Assembly: GCA_043827405.1 (NCBI GenBank) | Contig: JBDRPD010000087.1 | Span: 1 to 64,000, forward strand | DNA length: 64,000 nucleotides | DNA from: Elusimicrobiota bacterium | GTDB taxonomy: Bacteria > Elusimicrobiota > Elusimicrobia > UBA1565 | Direction of reading: 5' to 3' | Part shown: positions 20,326-30,400 of the stretch, piece by piece | Numbering within the stretch: position 1 is the stretch's first letter | Layout of the letters: every line of letters starts with the position of its first letter | Made by a program: the position numbers and the translations under genes | Notes under the pieces: model-generated | Seen by the model: only the letters and a program-made list of their open reading frames with translations | Told to the model about the DNA's origin: nothing | Databases searched by the model: none

Positions 20326-21048
20326 ATGCCTCCGCGCGCAGCCCTCCTCATGCTTGCCATGCTTTGCGCGGCGTTCGCGTCCGGCGCCCCGCTGCTTCCC
20401 GCGGAACCCGCCTTCTCCGGCGGCGCCCTCCCGGACGGCTGGGAGGCGCTGACGTTTAAAAAAATCCCCCGGCATACCGTCTACCGCTGGTCGCGAAGCG
20501 AAAGCGCCATCCACGCGGTAAGCCGCGACTCGGCCTCGGGCCTGATCCGGCGCCTGTCCGTCGATGCCGGCGCGGCCCCGATTCTGCGCTGGCGCTGGCG
20601 TGTTTCCGGAATAGTGGAACGGGGAGATGCCCGCAGCAAAGCCGGCGATGACTACCCCGCCCGTCTCTACATAACCTTCAAGTACGATCCCAAACGCACC
20701 GGTTTAGGGACCCGCATGAAGTACGGTCTAGCGAAGACGCTTTACGGCGAGTACCCGCCGCACGCCGGAATCAACTACATCTGGGCCAATAAGCTGCCGC
20801 GCGGCACGACGATCGCCAATGCCTATACCGACCGCGTCAAGATGGTGGCGATACGCTCGGGTGAATCGGAAGCAGGCAAATGGCTGCGGGAGGAGCGCGA
20901 CATTGTGCGGGATTACCGCGAGCTCTTCGGCGAGGAGCCGCCGCCGATCGCCGGCATCGCCATCATGAGCGACACCGACAATACCCACGGCAGCGCCGAG
21001 GCCTGGTACGCCGACATCGGGCTATTTCCCCGGCCGGTGAAACAATGA
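20326..21048 (+). CDS. DUF3047 domain-containing exported protein
   Basis: SASGL, LRWRWRV, KAGDDYPARLY, INYIWAN, IAIMSDTDNT; start re-assigned to ATG 20326. Confidence 0.82.
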   Translation: MPPRAALLMLAMLCAAFASGAPLLPAEPAFSGGALPDGWEALTFKKIPRHTVYRWSRSESAIHAVSRDSASGLIRRLSVDAGAAPILRWRWRVSGIVERGDARSKAGDDYPARLYITFKYDPKRTGLGTRMKYGLAKTLYGEYPPHAGINYIWANKLPRGTTIANAYTDRVKMVAIRSGESEAGKWLREERDIVRDYRELFGEEPPPIAGIAIMSDTDNTHGSAEAWYADIGLFPRPVKQ

Positions 21049-21668
21049 ACGGCCCGGCAGAAGCCGTCCTGCAGCTGCTGGCCGCGATGGATATCCTGGG
21101 CGCCTGGGCGCCGGCGGCTTTCATCGGCGCCTATATTCTGGCGACCGTGCTGTTGGTGCCCGGCACGCTCCTGACTCTGGGCGCGGGACTGCTCTTCGGC
21201 GTGGTTATGGGCAGCGTCTATGTCTCGATCGCCTCGACTTTGGGAGCCGCCGCCGCGTTCCTCATCGGCCGCTATCTCGCCCGCGGCTGGATCGCGCGGA
21301 AAATCGCGGGCAGCGCAAAGTTTAATGCCATCGATGAAGCCGTCGCCGCCGAGGGCTGGAAGATCGTCGGTCTCGCGCGGCTTTCACCCATCTTCCCGTT
21401 TAATGTCCTCAACTACGCCTGCGGTCTCACCCGCGTCTCGTTCAAGGACTACATCCTCGCCTCCTGGGCCGGCATGCTGCCGGGCACTGTTTTGTACGTC
21501 TATCTCGGCTCGATCACGAGCGACCTCGCCGCTCTCGGCGCGGGAACCGGACAGAAAACCCCGGCCCAGTGGGCGCTGACGGTCGTCGGTCTCATCGCGA
21601 CCGCGGCGGTTACTATCTATATCACCCGCATCGCCCGCACCGCGCTGAAGCAAAGGATAAAAATATGA
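21045..21668 (+). CDS. TVP38/TMEM64 (DedA/SNARE-associated) membrane protein
   Basis: PG.LLTLGAG..FG, GA..AF.IGRY, RLSPIFPFNVLNY, GMLPGT. Confidence 0.9.
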   Translation: MNGPAEAVLQLLAAMDILGAWAPAAFIGAYILATVLLVPGTLLTLGAGLLFGVVMGSVYVSIASTLGAAAAFLIGRYLARGWIARKIAGSAKFNAIDEAVAAEGWKIVGLARLSPIFPFNVLNYACGLTRVSFKDYILASWAGMLPGTVLYVYLGSITSDLAALGAGTGQKTPAQWALTVVGLIATAAVTIYITRIARTALKQRIKI

Positions 21669-23191
21669 CCGCTGCGCCGCTGCTTATACCGCTGGATGAG
21701 CACAACAAAGCCTGCCTCGAAAACGTGCATCCGCCGGACTGGATCAACCCCGAGCCCGCGGGCCGCTACAATCTCGTCGTTATCGGCGCCGGCACCGCGG
21801 GGCTGATCACCGCCATCGGCGCCGCCGGGCTGGGCGCCAAGGTCGCGCTCATCGAGCGCCATTTAATGGGCGGCGACTGCCTCAATGCCGGCTGCGTGCC
21901 GTCCAAGGGCCTGCTGCGGGCCGCGCGCGCCGCCGCCGACGCGCGGCGCGCCGGCGAGTTCGGCGTGCGGACCGGCCCGGTGGAGGTAGATTTCCCCAAG
22001 GTCATGGAGCGGATGCGCCGCCTGCGCGCCGGCATCAGCAAAAACGACTCCGCCCGGCGCTTCACCGAAGCCGGCGTCGACGTCTTTATCGGCGACGGGA
22101 AATTCACCGCTCCCGGAGAAATCGAAGTCGCCGGCAAAACGCTCCGCTACGCCAAAGCGGTCATCGCGACCGGAGCCCGCGCCGCCGCGCCGCCGATCCC
22201 GGGGATCAACGACACCGGCCATCTCACCAACGAGACGGTCTTCTCGCTGACCGAGCTTCCCAAGCGCCTGCTGGTGGTGGGCGCCGGACCGATCGGCGTC
22301 GAGCTGTCCCAGGCCTTCGCCCGCTTCGGCTCCGAGGTGCACCTGCTGGAGGCGGCCGGCCAGATACTTATCCGCGAGGACAAGGACGCGGCGAAGATCG
22401 TCGAACAGGCGCTGCTGCGCGACGGGGTAAACATCATCTCCGGCTGCGCCGTCAAAAAGCTCGCGCACAAAGACGGCGGCAAGGTCGTCGAGCTCGACTG
22501 CGGTAACGGCTGCCGTGAAATCCCTTTCGACGAGGTGCTCATTGCCGTCGGCCGCGCGCCGAACGTCGACGGTATGGGTTTGGAAAAAATAGGCGTCGAG
22601 TTCGACTCCCGCCTGGGAGTAACGGTCGACGACACCCTGCAGACAACGAATCCGGACATCTACGCGGCCGGCGACGTCTGCAGCCGCTACAAATTCACGC
22701 ACACGGCCGACGCGCTCGCCCGGATCGTCATCCAGAACGCGCTCTTCGGCCTGCCGGGTCTCAAGAAGAAAGCCAGCGCCCTCACCATCCCTTGGTGCAC
22801 TTACTCCGATCCCGAGATCGCCCACGTCGGGATATATGAGAAAGACGCGGCGGCGGAAGGCCTCCGGGTGCGAACCTTCATGCACGGCATGGCGGACGTG
22901 GACCGCGCCGTCCTTGACGGCGACACCGCAGGCTTCGTCAAGGTGCATGTTGAGGAGGGGACGGACCGCATCCTGGGAGCCACGGTGGTGGCCCGGCATG
23001 CGGGCGATATCATCAGCGAACTGACTCTGGCGATGACGGCCGGTGCCGGCCTGGGGGTGATCGCCGGCACCATTCACCCTTATCCGACGCAGGCCGAAGC
23101 CGTCAAGCGCGTCGGCGATGCCTATAGCCGGACCAAGCTCACCCCGGTGGTAAAAAGCCTGTTCGGACGCTGGCTCGCCTGGAGCCGCTGA
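21665..23191 (+). CDS. Mercuric-reductase-like pyridine nucleotide-disulfide oxidoreductase
   Basis: GAGTAG, GGDCLNAGCVPSK, GAGPIG, IHPYPT; no C-terminal Cys-Cys. Confidence 0.87.
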   Translation: MTAAPLLIPLDEHNKACLENVHPPDWINPEPAGRYNLVVIGAGTAGLITAIGAAGLGAKVALIERHLMGGDCLNAGCVPSKGLLRAARAAADARRAGEFGVRTGPVEVDFPKVMERMRRLRAGISKNDSARRFTEAGVDVFIGDGKFTAPGEIEVAGKTLRYAKAVIATGARAAAPPIPGINDTGHLTNETVFSLTELPKRLLVVGAGPIGVELSQAFARFGSEVHLLEAAGQILIREDKDAAKIVEQALLRDGVNIISGCAVKKLAHKDGGKVVELDCGNGCREIPFDEVLIAVGRAPNVDGMGLEKIGVEFDSRLGVTVDDTLQTTNPDIYAAGDVCSRYKFTHTADALARIVIQNALFGLPGLKKKASALTIPWCTYSDPEIAHVGIYEKDAAAEGLRVRTFMHGMADVDRAVLDGDTAGFVKVHVEEGTDRILGATVVARHAGDIISELTLAMTAGAGLGVIAGTIHPYPTQAEAVKRVGDAYSRTKLTPVVKSLFGRWLAWSR

Positions 23192-23200
23192 CGCCAGCCG

Positions 23201-23431
23201 CTATTTCTTGGCGTGCGTCCCGTCGCAGTACGGAGGCTTTCCCGACTTGCCGCAGCCGCACCACGCGATCTGAATATCCTCAGTGACTTCCACAACCAGG
23301 GGAATCTTGCCTTGGCCCTTGGTCTTATGGGAGCCGTCGCAGTACGGCCGCTTGGCGCTTTCGCCGCAGGCGCACCAGGCGTACTTTCCTTTTTTCTCCT
23401 GCTTGACGAACGGTCCATCTTGAAATGCCAC
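23201..23431 (-). CDS. CDGSH iron-sulfur protein with two CDGSH motifs
   Basis: WCACGES..PYCDGSH and WCGCGKS..PYCDGTH; SD GGAGG. Confidence 0.9.
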   Translation of the reverse strand: MAFQDGPFVKQEKKGKYAWCACGESAKRPYCDGSHKTKGQGKIPLVVEVTEDIQIAWCGCGKSGKPPYCDGTHAKK

Positions 23432-23440
23432 GCGCCCTCC

Positions 23441-25771
23441 CTACTTCTTCTCCAGCAATTTCCTCACCACCGCTAAATCATTTGTGGGCATCTCGCAGGT
23501 GAAATCCGCGCAGATATAGGCCGTCGCCTTATCCGCGATCGGCACCATGCCCTTGAGGATGGGAAGGCGTTTCGCCAGCCGCTCATGCACCTCGCCGGGC
23601 GGGACGACCAGCAGGATCTTGGCCGGCATATAGCGTGAGTGCACGATGCGCAGCATCTCACGCAGTCCAGGATCGTCCAGCTTCCCCGCCAGGATAATCT
23701 GCCGCGGCTTGGTCGAGGCGAAGTCGGCGGCGGCCATCAGCTGCGGCAGGGTCTGCGGGTGCTCGCGCAGCTGCGTGCCGAAGCGCTTAAGCGTCAGCCC
23801 AGCGGCTTGCTTGAAATCTTCCCGCTGCGCCAGCTGGCTCAGACGCAAAAGATTGAGCGCCGCGATCGAGCTCGCCGCGGGCTCCACATTGTCGGAATCC
23901 TCGATCATGCGGGTCAGCAGATGCGGCGCGTCGCCGGCGGCCGTCATGAAGCACCCGCCTTTATCCGCGTCGCAGAAGTCCCGCTGCAGCGTCTCGGTGA
24001 GCTCTATCGACCAGTCGAGCCAGTCGGGGTCGAAGGACGCCTCATAAAGATCGAGCAGCCCCTGCGCCAGGAAGGCGTAGTCGCCGGCCATGCCCGGAAT
24101 CTTGCGCTCGCCGCCGGCCCAGCGCCGGTACAGTTTTTTATTCTTGGCGTCATAAAGCCGCGCGCGCAGAAAACGCGCCGCTTTCTCGGCCGCCGCCAGG
24201 TAGCGCTCGTCTTCCAGCACCTGATAGCCGCGCGCCAATGCGGTGAGCATCAGCCCGTTCCAGGAGGCCAGCACCTTGTCGTCGAGGCCCGGACGGGGAC
24301 GCTGGGCGCGCGCCGCGAGCAGGGTCTTGAGCGCCCGCTTGAGCGCCCGCCCGACGGCGCGCTCGCTGACGCCGAACTTCGCGGCCGTCTCGGCCGGGGT
24401 GTGCTCGGCGTAGAGGATATTCTTCCCGGCGAATTCCCCGTGCGGATCCTCGGGGGCGTTGCCGTTCGGGCGCACCCCATAGCGGTAGGCGAACATCGGG
24501 GCGCCGTCGGCGAGCAGCGCGGAGAGCTCATCCGCCGTCCATAAATAGAACGCCCCCTCGGCCTTATGCTCGCGGCCCGGCTCCGGGGGCAGGCTGTCGG
24601 CGTCTTCCGCCGAGAAGAACCCGCCCTCCGTATGGGTCATATCCCGCAGCACGTAGTCCAAAGTTTCGGCGGCAACGCGCGCCAGCTCGGGGTTCCGGCT
24701 TGCCTGATAGGCTTCAAGGAAATTGGCCGCGAGCTGGGCGTTGTCGTAAAGCATCTTCTCAAAATGCGGTACGCGCCAAGCGCCGTCGACCGAATAGCGC
24801 GCGAAACCGCCGCCCACGTGATCATAGATGCCGCCCCGGGCCATGCGCAGCAGGGTGCCCTCGACCATCTCAAGCGCCCGCTTGCTGCCGGTGCGGGCGT
24901 AGTAGCGCAGGAGGAAATTCTGGCGCACCGGCAGCGGAAACTTTGGGCCGCCTTCGCCGAAGCCGCCGTGCTCGGCGTCGAAGTTATCGTTGTAGAATTC
25001 GAAAAGCCCCTCGATCCAGGCGGGCTCGAAATCGGCTTCCCGGCCGCTCACCGCCGCACTCACCTGCAGCGCCCGCGTCAGGCGCTCGGCATCTTCGCCG
25101 ATCCGCTCGCGCTCCTCGCCCCACAGTTTGGCGATTTTCTCCAGCACGTCGGGGAAGCCCGGCCGGCCGGACACGGAACGCGGCGGGAAATAGGTACCGC
25201 CAAAGAACGGCTTGCGGTCCGCGGTCATCCAGATCGACAGCGGCCAGCCCCCGCCCCAGCCCGCGCCGTTGGCCAGCGTCATATAGATCTTGTCAATGTC
25301 GGGCCGCTCCTCGCGGTCGACCTTGATCGAGACGAAATGCTTATTGAGCAGCGCGGCGATATCCGCGTCGGTAAAGGACTCCCGCTCCATGACATGACAC
25401 CAGTGGCAGGTGGAGTAGCCGATCGACAGGAAGATCGGTTTGCCCTCAGCGCGCGCCTTCTTGAAGGCCGCCTCGCCCCACGGGTACCAGTCGACGGGAT
25501 TGTCCGCGTGCTGGCGGAGATACGGGCTCTGTTCGGCGGCCAGCCGGTTCTTCTTGGACCGCTTCATCTTCTTCTCCTGGGGCCGGCCCGCCGGGACCAC
25601 GTTTTCGAATGCCGTCATCGGCGACTGCTGCGCAGCGATAGGCTCGGCGGCTTCCGTTACGGGGAGATAGCGCCACGCCACAATGCCCAGAGCGACGGAG
25701 AGTCCCAGCACAGCGCATGCGCCGGTTCCGTATTCCGCTTTCCGGCGGCTCTTTTCCTTCCCCCGCGCCAC
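23441..25771 (-). CDS. YyaL/SSP411-like thioredoxin + six-hairpin domain protein
   Basis: [66 protein letters not shown]; start uncertain (alternative ATG 25567). Confidence 0.9.
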   Translation of the reverse strand: MARGKEKSRRKAEYGTGACAVLGLSVALGIVAWRYLPVTEAAEPIAAQQSPMTAFENVVPAGRPQEKKMKRSKKNRLAAEQSPYLRQHADNPVDWYPWGEAAFKKARAEGKPIFLSIGYSTCHWCHVMERESFTDADIAALLNKHFVSIKVDREERPDIDKIYMTLANGAGWGGGWPLSIWMTADRKPFFGGTYFPPRSVSGRPGFPDVLEKIAKLWGEERERIGEDAERLTRALQVSAAVSGREADFEPAWIEGLFEFYNDNFDAEHGGFGEGGPKFPLPVRQNFLLRYYARTGSKRALEMVEGTLLRMARGGIYDHVGGGFARYSVDGAWRVPHFEKMLYDNAQLAANFLEAYQASRNPELARVAAETLDYVLRDMTHTEGGFFSAEDADSLPPEPGREHKAEGAFYLWTADELSALLADGAPMFAYRYGVRPNGNAPEDPHGEFAGKNILYAEHTPAETAAKFGVSERAVGRALKRALKTLLAARAQRPRPGLDDKVLASWNGLMLTALARGYQVLEDERYLAAAEKAARFLRARLYDAKNKKLYRRWAGGERKIPGMAGDYAFLAQGLLDLYEASFDPDWLDWSIELTETLQRDFCDADKGGCFMTAAGDAPHLLTRMIEDSDNVEPAASSIAALNLLRLSQLAQREDFKQAAGLTLKRFGTQLREHPQTLPQLMAAADFASTKPRQIILAGKLDDPGLREMLRIVHSRYMPAKILLVVPPGEVHERLAKRLPILKGMVPIADKATAYICADFTCEMPTNDLAVVRKLLEKK

Positions 25772-25781
25772 GCCCGCTCCG

Positions 25782-26621
25782 CTAAATCTTGCCGTGCTTG
25801 CCGGCCAACACCTCTTCGATCACCTGCTTAAGCATCGGGTAGTTGGCGCCGCGGATGAGGTGTCCGTTGACCACAAAAGCCGGCGTGCCGCTGATCCCCA
25901 GCGCTCCGGCCTCCCTGGCGTCTTTATTGACCTTGGCCAGCGTCTCCTGCTTGTCGTAGCAGGCATTGAACTTTTTCTTATCGAGCCCGGCTTCCTTTAC
26001 GAAGCCCTCCAGCTTATCCTCGTAATTGGCCGATGATATCTGCTGCTGGTTCTCGAAAAAGGAATCGTGGAGCTGCCACAGCTTTTCGTTGCTCTGCAGG
26101 CCGGCGCATTCGACCGCCATGGCGGCGGGCTCGGCCCAGGGATGGATGCTAACCAGCGGCATGGACTTGTAGACCCAACGCACCTTCTTGGGGTAGTCCT
26201 TCATCACGCGGTCGACCATCATGCGGTAGCCGCGCGTGCAGAAACCGCACTGAAAGTCGGTATACTCGACCACCACGATCGGGGCGTCCTTGGGCCCTCG
26301 CGTCCCGGCGTCCTTGAGGTTGATAAGCTTGAGCCGCTCGTCATCCGGATGGATCTTGAGGTCCTTGAAGCCCCCGAGGATATAGTGGCGGCCGTTCTGC
26401 GAAACGTAAAGCTCCTCGGTCTGGGAGCCCTGGCCGGCGCTGAAGGTCACCTCGTAGAGATCAAAGGACGGCACGTCCGATTTCTTGGGCTCGCCGAGCT
26501 TCACGGTAATGCCGGGAGGCAGCGGATAGGACTCCTGGAGATGCTCGAGCAGCTTGGCATCGTCCAGGGCGTACGCCGGCGCGGCGAGCAGAGCGGCGAA
26601 AAGCAGAGCTAGATTTTTCAT
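25782..26621 (-). CDS. DsbA/DsbC-like exported thiol-disulfide oxidoreductase
   Basis: Signal peptide; [25 protein letters not shown]. Confidence 0.85.
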   Translation of the reverse strand: MKNLALLFAALLAAPAYALDDAKLLEHLQESYPLPPGITVKLGEPKKSDVPSFDLYEVTFSAGQGSQTEELYVSQNGRHYILGGFKDLKIHPDDERLKLINLKDAGTRGPKDAPIVVVEYTDFQCGFCTRGYRMMVDRVMKDYPKKVRWVYKSMPLVSIHPWAEPAAMAVECAGLQSNEKLWQLHDSFFENQQQISSANYEDKLEGFVKEAGLDKKKFNACYDKQETLAKVNKDAREAGALGISGTPAFVVNGHLIRGANYPMLKQVIEEVLAGKHGKI

Positions 26622-26695
26622 TGGGGAATTCCTCAGGTGCGGTGCGACTACTATATTATATAATCATCTTCCGCTAACGTCGTGTTTCCCCTATA

Positions 26696-26767
26696 GCGCT
26701 CGTAGTTCAATGGATAGAGCACCAGCCTGCGGAGCTGGAAATCTGGGTTCGAATCCCGGCGAGCGCA
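26696..26767 (+). tRNA. tRNA-Arg (anticodon GCG)
   Basis: Acceptor GCGCTCG/CGAGCGC, D-arm TAGTTCAATGGATAGAGC, anticodon arm CCAGC-CTGCGGA-GCTGG, T-loop GTTCGAATC; CCA not encoded. Confidence 0.95.
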
Positions 26768-26858
26768 AACCTCTCTCCAGTTAAGGTGCCAGGCATGTTA
26801 TCCAAACAGGCGGCTTTGGTATTGGGTTGTGCTTTAACTGCGGGTTGTTACAGCGAGG

Positions 26859-27620
26859 CTATTTCAGGTACTTCCGCAGCCGCGTCAGCCCCGCCTGGCA
26901 GTCGGCATTGGCGGGATCGAGCGTCAGACAAATCTCCCACTCCGCCTTCGCTTTCTTGTAGTCCAGCTTCTGGAAGTGGATGATGCCGCTGTTCCAATGC
27001 TTGAGGCCGCCCCGCTTGCCGTCGGCTCCGCCATTCGACGCCGTGCCGGCGCGGAGCGCCGGCCGGGACGGACTGCCCCGGAACTTCCACGGCGCTACCG
27101 GATTCTCCCCGGCCCACAGCCCCCGCTTCGCCGCCCGGGCCTCCAGCTCCAGCTTCTTGTGCTCCTCGGCTTTCGGCGCCCTAATCTGATCCCACCAGCC
27201 CAGCCCGGCCCCGATCAGTTCCTTGCTTAGGTCCAGGTCGCCGATATAGACCACGCCCAAAGCGCGACCGCCGACCATATGTCCGAGTACGCGCACGCGA
27301 ACGAACTCGCCGAAAAGCATGCTTGCCATGAACTGCTCGGCGCGCAGGCCGTAGGGCTGCTTCATCTCGGGACAGTCCACGCCGAATACATCGACCATCA
27401 CGGTTTTCCCCTTGAACGGGAACTGGATCGTATCTCCGTCGACGGCCTGAGCGTCATGGCTCACCATGGTGGAAGCGTCATCGCTGGCGGGACTGCCGCT
27501 GTGACAGTGAAAGCCCTGCTTGCCCGGGTCTTCATGACAGCCGTCCTGGTCGAGATCGCCCGGATGGGCGAAAACCGTGACGGGCAGCAGGAGTAAAACA
27601 GGAAGCAGGGAGCGGCGCAT
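26859..27620 (-). CDS. Secreted thermonuclease (SNase) family protein with N-terminal YHYH-like motif and C-terminal TPR
   Basis: Signal peptide; HPGDLDQDGCH...FHCH; VDGDTI, GVDCPE..QPYG, AR.AKRGLW...PW. Confidence 0.82.
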   Translation of the reverse strand: MRRSLLPVLLLLPVTVFAHPGDLDQDGCHEDPGKQGFHCHSGSPASDDASTMVSHDAQAVDGDTIQFPFKGKTVMVDVFGVDCPEMKQPYGLRAEQFMASMLFGEFVRVRVLGHMVGGRALGVVYIGDLDLSKELIGAGLGWWDQIRAPKAEEHKKLELEARAAKRGLWAGENPVAPWKFRGSPSRPALRAGTASNGGADGKRGGLKHWNSGIIHFQKLDYKKAKAEWEICLTLDPANADCQAGLTRLRKYLK

Positions 27621-27762
27621 GCATAAGTTTAGCCCCCCCGTCGCGATTCCGGCAAGTACCCGATTAATTACGACCGTATTGCATCCGGCGGTGATTATAA
27701 TTCCCCTGGCACGCGACCCGGCGCGGGGCTATCCTAGGGACATCGCCGCACCGGAGGAACCC

Positions 27763-28512
27763 ATGCCCCGACTGCTGAAAGCCGCCGCCGTGTTTGCCTT
27801 ATCCTACTGCTTCGCCGCGCCCGCATGGGCGGAAAACGATAAAGCCAAAGGACAGCCGCCGGAGGAAACCCCCAGCGGCACTCAGCCCGCCGACCCGGGA
27901 GAACGTCCCGCAATCCCTGGGGACAATGATTATTTAAGCAACGACGGTTGGGGTAAGAAGGGCGCCAAAGGCAAGAAAGCGAAACGCAAGAAAAGGAAGC
28001 TGCGCCGAATGCGCAGCGACGGCGGCTTCGAGAGCGAGGAAGGGCCCGAGAGTGGCCGCGGACGAGGACCCGGCATGGAGCGCGGCGGCGGTGAGGGCGA
28101 AGAAGAGATGGAGGGCCGGGGAGAGAAAGGAGCGCAGAGCAAAAAAAGGAAGCTGCGCAAGATACGCCGCCGGTCGATGCAGGACATGGGTAATGACGGC
28201 GAAGGAATGGAAGGCGCCGAAGGCATGGAGGGCGGCGAGGGCATGGGTGGTCGCGGACCGGGCATGCGCGGACGTGGACGAGGTCCCGGCGGCGGCGAAG
28301 GGATGAAAGGCGGTCAAGGCATGCGCGGTCGCGGACCGGGCATGCGCGGACGTGGACGGGGGCCCGGCGGCGGCGAAGGGATGGAGGACGGCGAGGGCAT
28401 GGGCGGACGTGGACCGGGCATGCGCGGACGTGGACGGGGTCCCGGCGGCGGCGAAGGGATGGAGGACGGCGAGGGCATGGGCGACCGAGGACGCGGGCGC
28501 GGACCGCGCTGA
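27763..28512 (+). CDS. Exported low-complexity Gly/Arg/Met/Glu-rich repeat protein
   Basis: SD GGAGG, ATG 27763, signal peptide ending AWA; K/R tracts and 26-aa repeats. Confidence 0.7.
   Translation: MPRLLKAAAVFALSYCFAAPAWAENDKAKGQPPEETPSGTQPADPGERPAIPGDNDYLSNDGWGKKGAKGKKAKRKKRKLRRMRSDGGFESEEGPESGRGRGPGMERGGGEGEEEMEGRGEKGAQSKKRKLRKIRRRSMQDMGNDGEGMEGAEGMEGGEGMGGRGPGMRGRGRGPGGGEGMKGGQGMRGRGPGMRGRGRGPGGGEGMEDGEGMGGRGPGMRGRGRGPGGGEGMEDGEGMGDRGRGRGPR
28210..28506 (+). repeat. 78-bp coding tandem repeat, about 3.5-4 imperfect copies
   Basis: CCCGGCGGCGGCGAAGGGATG recurs at 28285, 28363 and 28441 (period 78). Confidence 0.9.
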
Positions 28513-28561
28513 ACAACGGCGATTGCCCCCTCCAGGCGAAAGCGGTAACATTATAGTTACC

Positions 28562-28879
28562 ATGGACCGCTTCGCCGAACTGCTGATCCGCCAGCGCCAG
28601 GCGGCGGGCTTTCCCACCGCCTACGCTTTCTACCACCGCAACGGCGGGCGCGGCAAGTTCAACTTCACCTTCGCCTACTACGCCAAGATTGAGCGCGGCA
28701 AGGCTCTGCCCCGAGGCGAGTGGCTGCCGCCGCTGCTGACCCTGCTCAAGCTATCCCCCTCCTCCCCGGCGCGGCGGGACATTTTGCTAGCGTATCTAAG
28801 GGACCTGCTGGGCGATGATGATATTTTCGACGGCCATTTCATACCCCTGCTAAAGAGTCCGGCGGCCGCCGCGGAGTAA
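28562..28879 (+). CDS. Small putative helix-turn-helix (XRE-like) protein
   Basis: F.ELL.RQRQAAG...YYAKIERGKALP pattern resembles XRE HTH; promoter-like TTGCCC-17-TAACAT upstream. Confidence 0.55.
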   Translation: MDRFAELLIRQRQAAGFPTAYAFYHRNGGRGKFNFTFAYYAKIERGKALPRGEWLPPLLTLLKLSPSSPARRDILLAYLRDLLGDDDIFDGHFIPLLKSPAAAAE

Positions 28880-28915
28880 TCGCATGTCGAAGCTCGCAAA
28901 CGAGGTTATCGGAAA

Positions 28916-29797
28916 ATGAAAAGTGCATGGATACTCGCCGCACTGCTGGCCTCGCCCGTTACCGCCGCCGTGTCCGCCCCGGAGCAGTCCGGCGGCAAGC
29001 AGATTGAAGTCAACATCAAGGTCGACAAGCTGGCGACCGGCGGCATTGTTAAGTTCGGCGAGAACATCCGGATCACCGAAGGCGAAGAAATCGCGGGGCC
29101 CGTCGTAGCCATCGGCGGCTCGATCCGATCCGACGGCCATATCGACGGACCGGCGGTATCCGTCGGCGGCTCGGTTGAGCTCGGACCGAGCGCCGTCGTG
29201 GAGGGTCCGGTCGTATCGCTCGGCGGGCGCACCCACCGGGCGGAAGGCAGCCGCATCGAAGGGCCCATTGTGGATCTGCCCGGCACCGGCGTCCTCGGAC
29301 GCTTCGCGGCCGCGGCCGCCTACATCGGCGCCGCCTCGGCGGCGATCTATATCGTCGCCAAGGCGTCCACGGGAATCGGCTGGATCGTACTCTCACTGGT
29401 TCTGGTGGCCCTATTCCCCAAATCTCTCCGCCAGACCAAGGACCATCTCAGCCGGAAGTTTACGGAAAGCGCGCTGGTAGGCCTGATCGCCTGGCCGGCG
29501 CTCCTGGTCATCTCGCTGACGCTGCTGGTATCGATCATCGGCATGCCGCTGGTCCCGCTGCTGCTGACTATCGCCGCCGCCGCCTACGTCTGGGGATTTG
29601 CCGCGATCGCCTATCTGCTCGGCGAGCGCCTGTCCATGGGCCGCTGGAAGAGCCCGTTCGCCAGCATGGCCGTCGGAATGCTGATTCTCAAGCTCCTGCA
29701 GTGGGTGCCGATCGTGCAGTGGATTGTATTCTCGGCCGTTGCCATCGTCGGCGTCGGCGCATCCATTCTGAGCCGCTTCGGACTCAAGAACTCTTAG
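28916..29797 (+). CDS. Membrane protein with N-terminal beta-helix (bactofilin-like) repeats
   Basis: Signal peptide; repeats GPVVAIGGS / GPAVSVGGS / GPVVSLGG; multiple C-terminal TM segments. Confidence 0.7.
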   Translation: MKSAWILAALLASPVTAAVSAPEQSGGKQIEVNIKVDKLATGGIVKFGENIRITEGEEIAGPVVAIGGSIRSDGHIDGPAVSVGGSVELGPSAVVEGPVVSLGGRTHRAEGSRIEGPIVDLPGTGVLGRFAAAAAYIGAASAAIYIVAKASTGIGWIVLSLVLVALFPKSLRQTKDHLSRKFTESALVGLIAWPALLVISLTLLVSIIGMPLVPLLLTIAAAAYVWGFAAIAYLLGERLSMGRWKSPFASMAVGMLILKLLQWVPIVQWIVFSAVAIVGVGASILSRFGLKNS

Positions 29798-30314
29798 CTT
29801 CTTTCGAGATCCGCCGAAATTCGGCCAGGTGGGTGAGCGAAGACAGGTCCGTCATCCGATCGAGAAAAACGCGCCCGTCGAGATGGTCGCATTCGTGCTG
29901 CAGTATCCGCGCGTGCAGGCCCTCGGCGATAAACTCCAGCGGCCGGCCCTCGCGGTCGAGCGCCTTGACGCGGACGGTGCGGGCGCGCGGGACTTTGCCG
30001 CGCAGATCCGGGACGCTTAGACAGCCCTCCCAGTCCTCCTCCGTCTCCGCGCCGGCCAGCGACAATTCCGGATTGAACAGGACCTGAAGCGGCAGCGCCT
30101 GAGCCGGCGGGTCCCCCATGGATTCCATGACCACCAACCGTCCCGGGACCTGCACCTGCGGCGCGGCGAGGCCCACCCCGGAATATTCGCGCATGGTCTC
30201 GATCATGTCCTCGACCAACCGCTGGGTCTCGGGGGCGGCGATCTCTCCCGCGGTGAACGGGCGCGCGATCCCGCGCAAAACAGGATTTCCCAACAGCGCG
30301 ACTCCGAGAATCAC
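29784..30314 (-). CDS. def: Peptide deformylase
   Basis: GVGLAAPQ, EGCLSVP, QHECDHLDG; start re-assigned to GTG 30314. Confidence 0.93.
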   Translation of the reverse strand: MILGVALLGNPVLRGIARPFTAGEIAAPETQRLVEDMIETMREYSGVGLAAPQVQVPGRLVVMESMGDPPAQALPLQVLFNPELSLAGAETEEDWEGCLSVPDLRGKVPRARTVRVKALDREGRPLEFIAEGLHARILQHECDHLDGRVFLDRMTDLSSLTHLAEFRRISKEAKSS

Positions 30315-30400
30315 CCGGCGCCCGCCCCGGCACCTTTTATTGCCGCCATTACTCTTATATGATATCAAGCCGCGCAGCCGACCGATACCGGAGAGCGATA

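Noticed and set aside
21665..23191. True mercuric reductase / mer operon
   Set aside because: No C-terminal Cys-Cys, no NmerA domain, no merR/T/P
28210..28506. CRISPR array
   Set aside because: Contiguous in-frame 78-bp coding repeats without unique spacers; no cas genes
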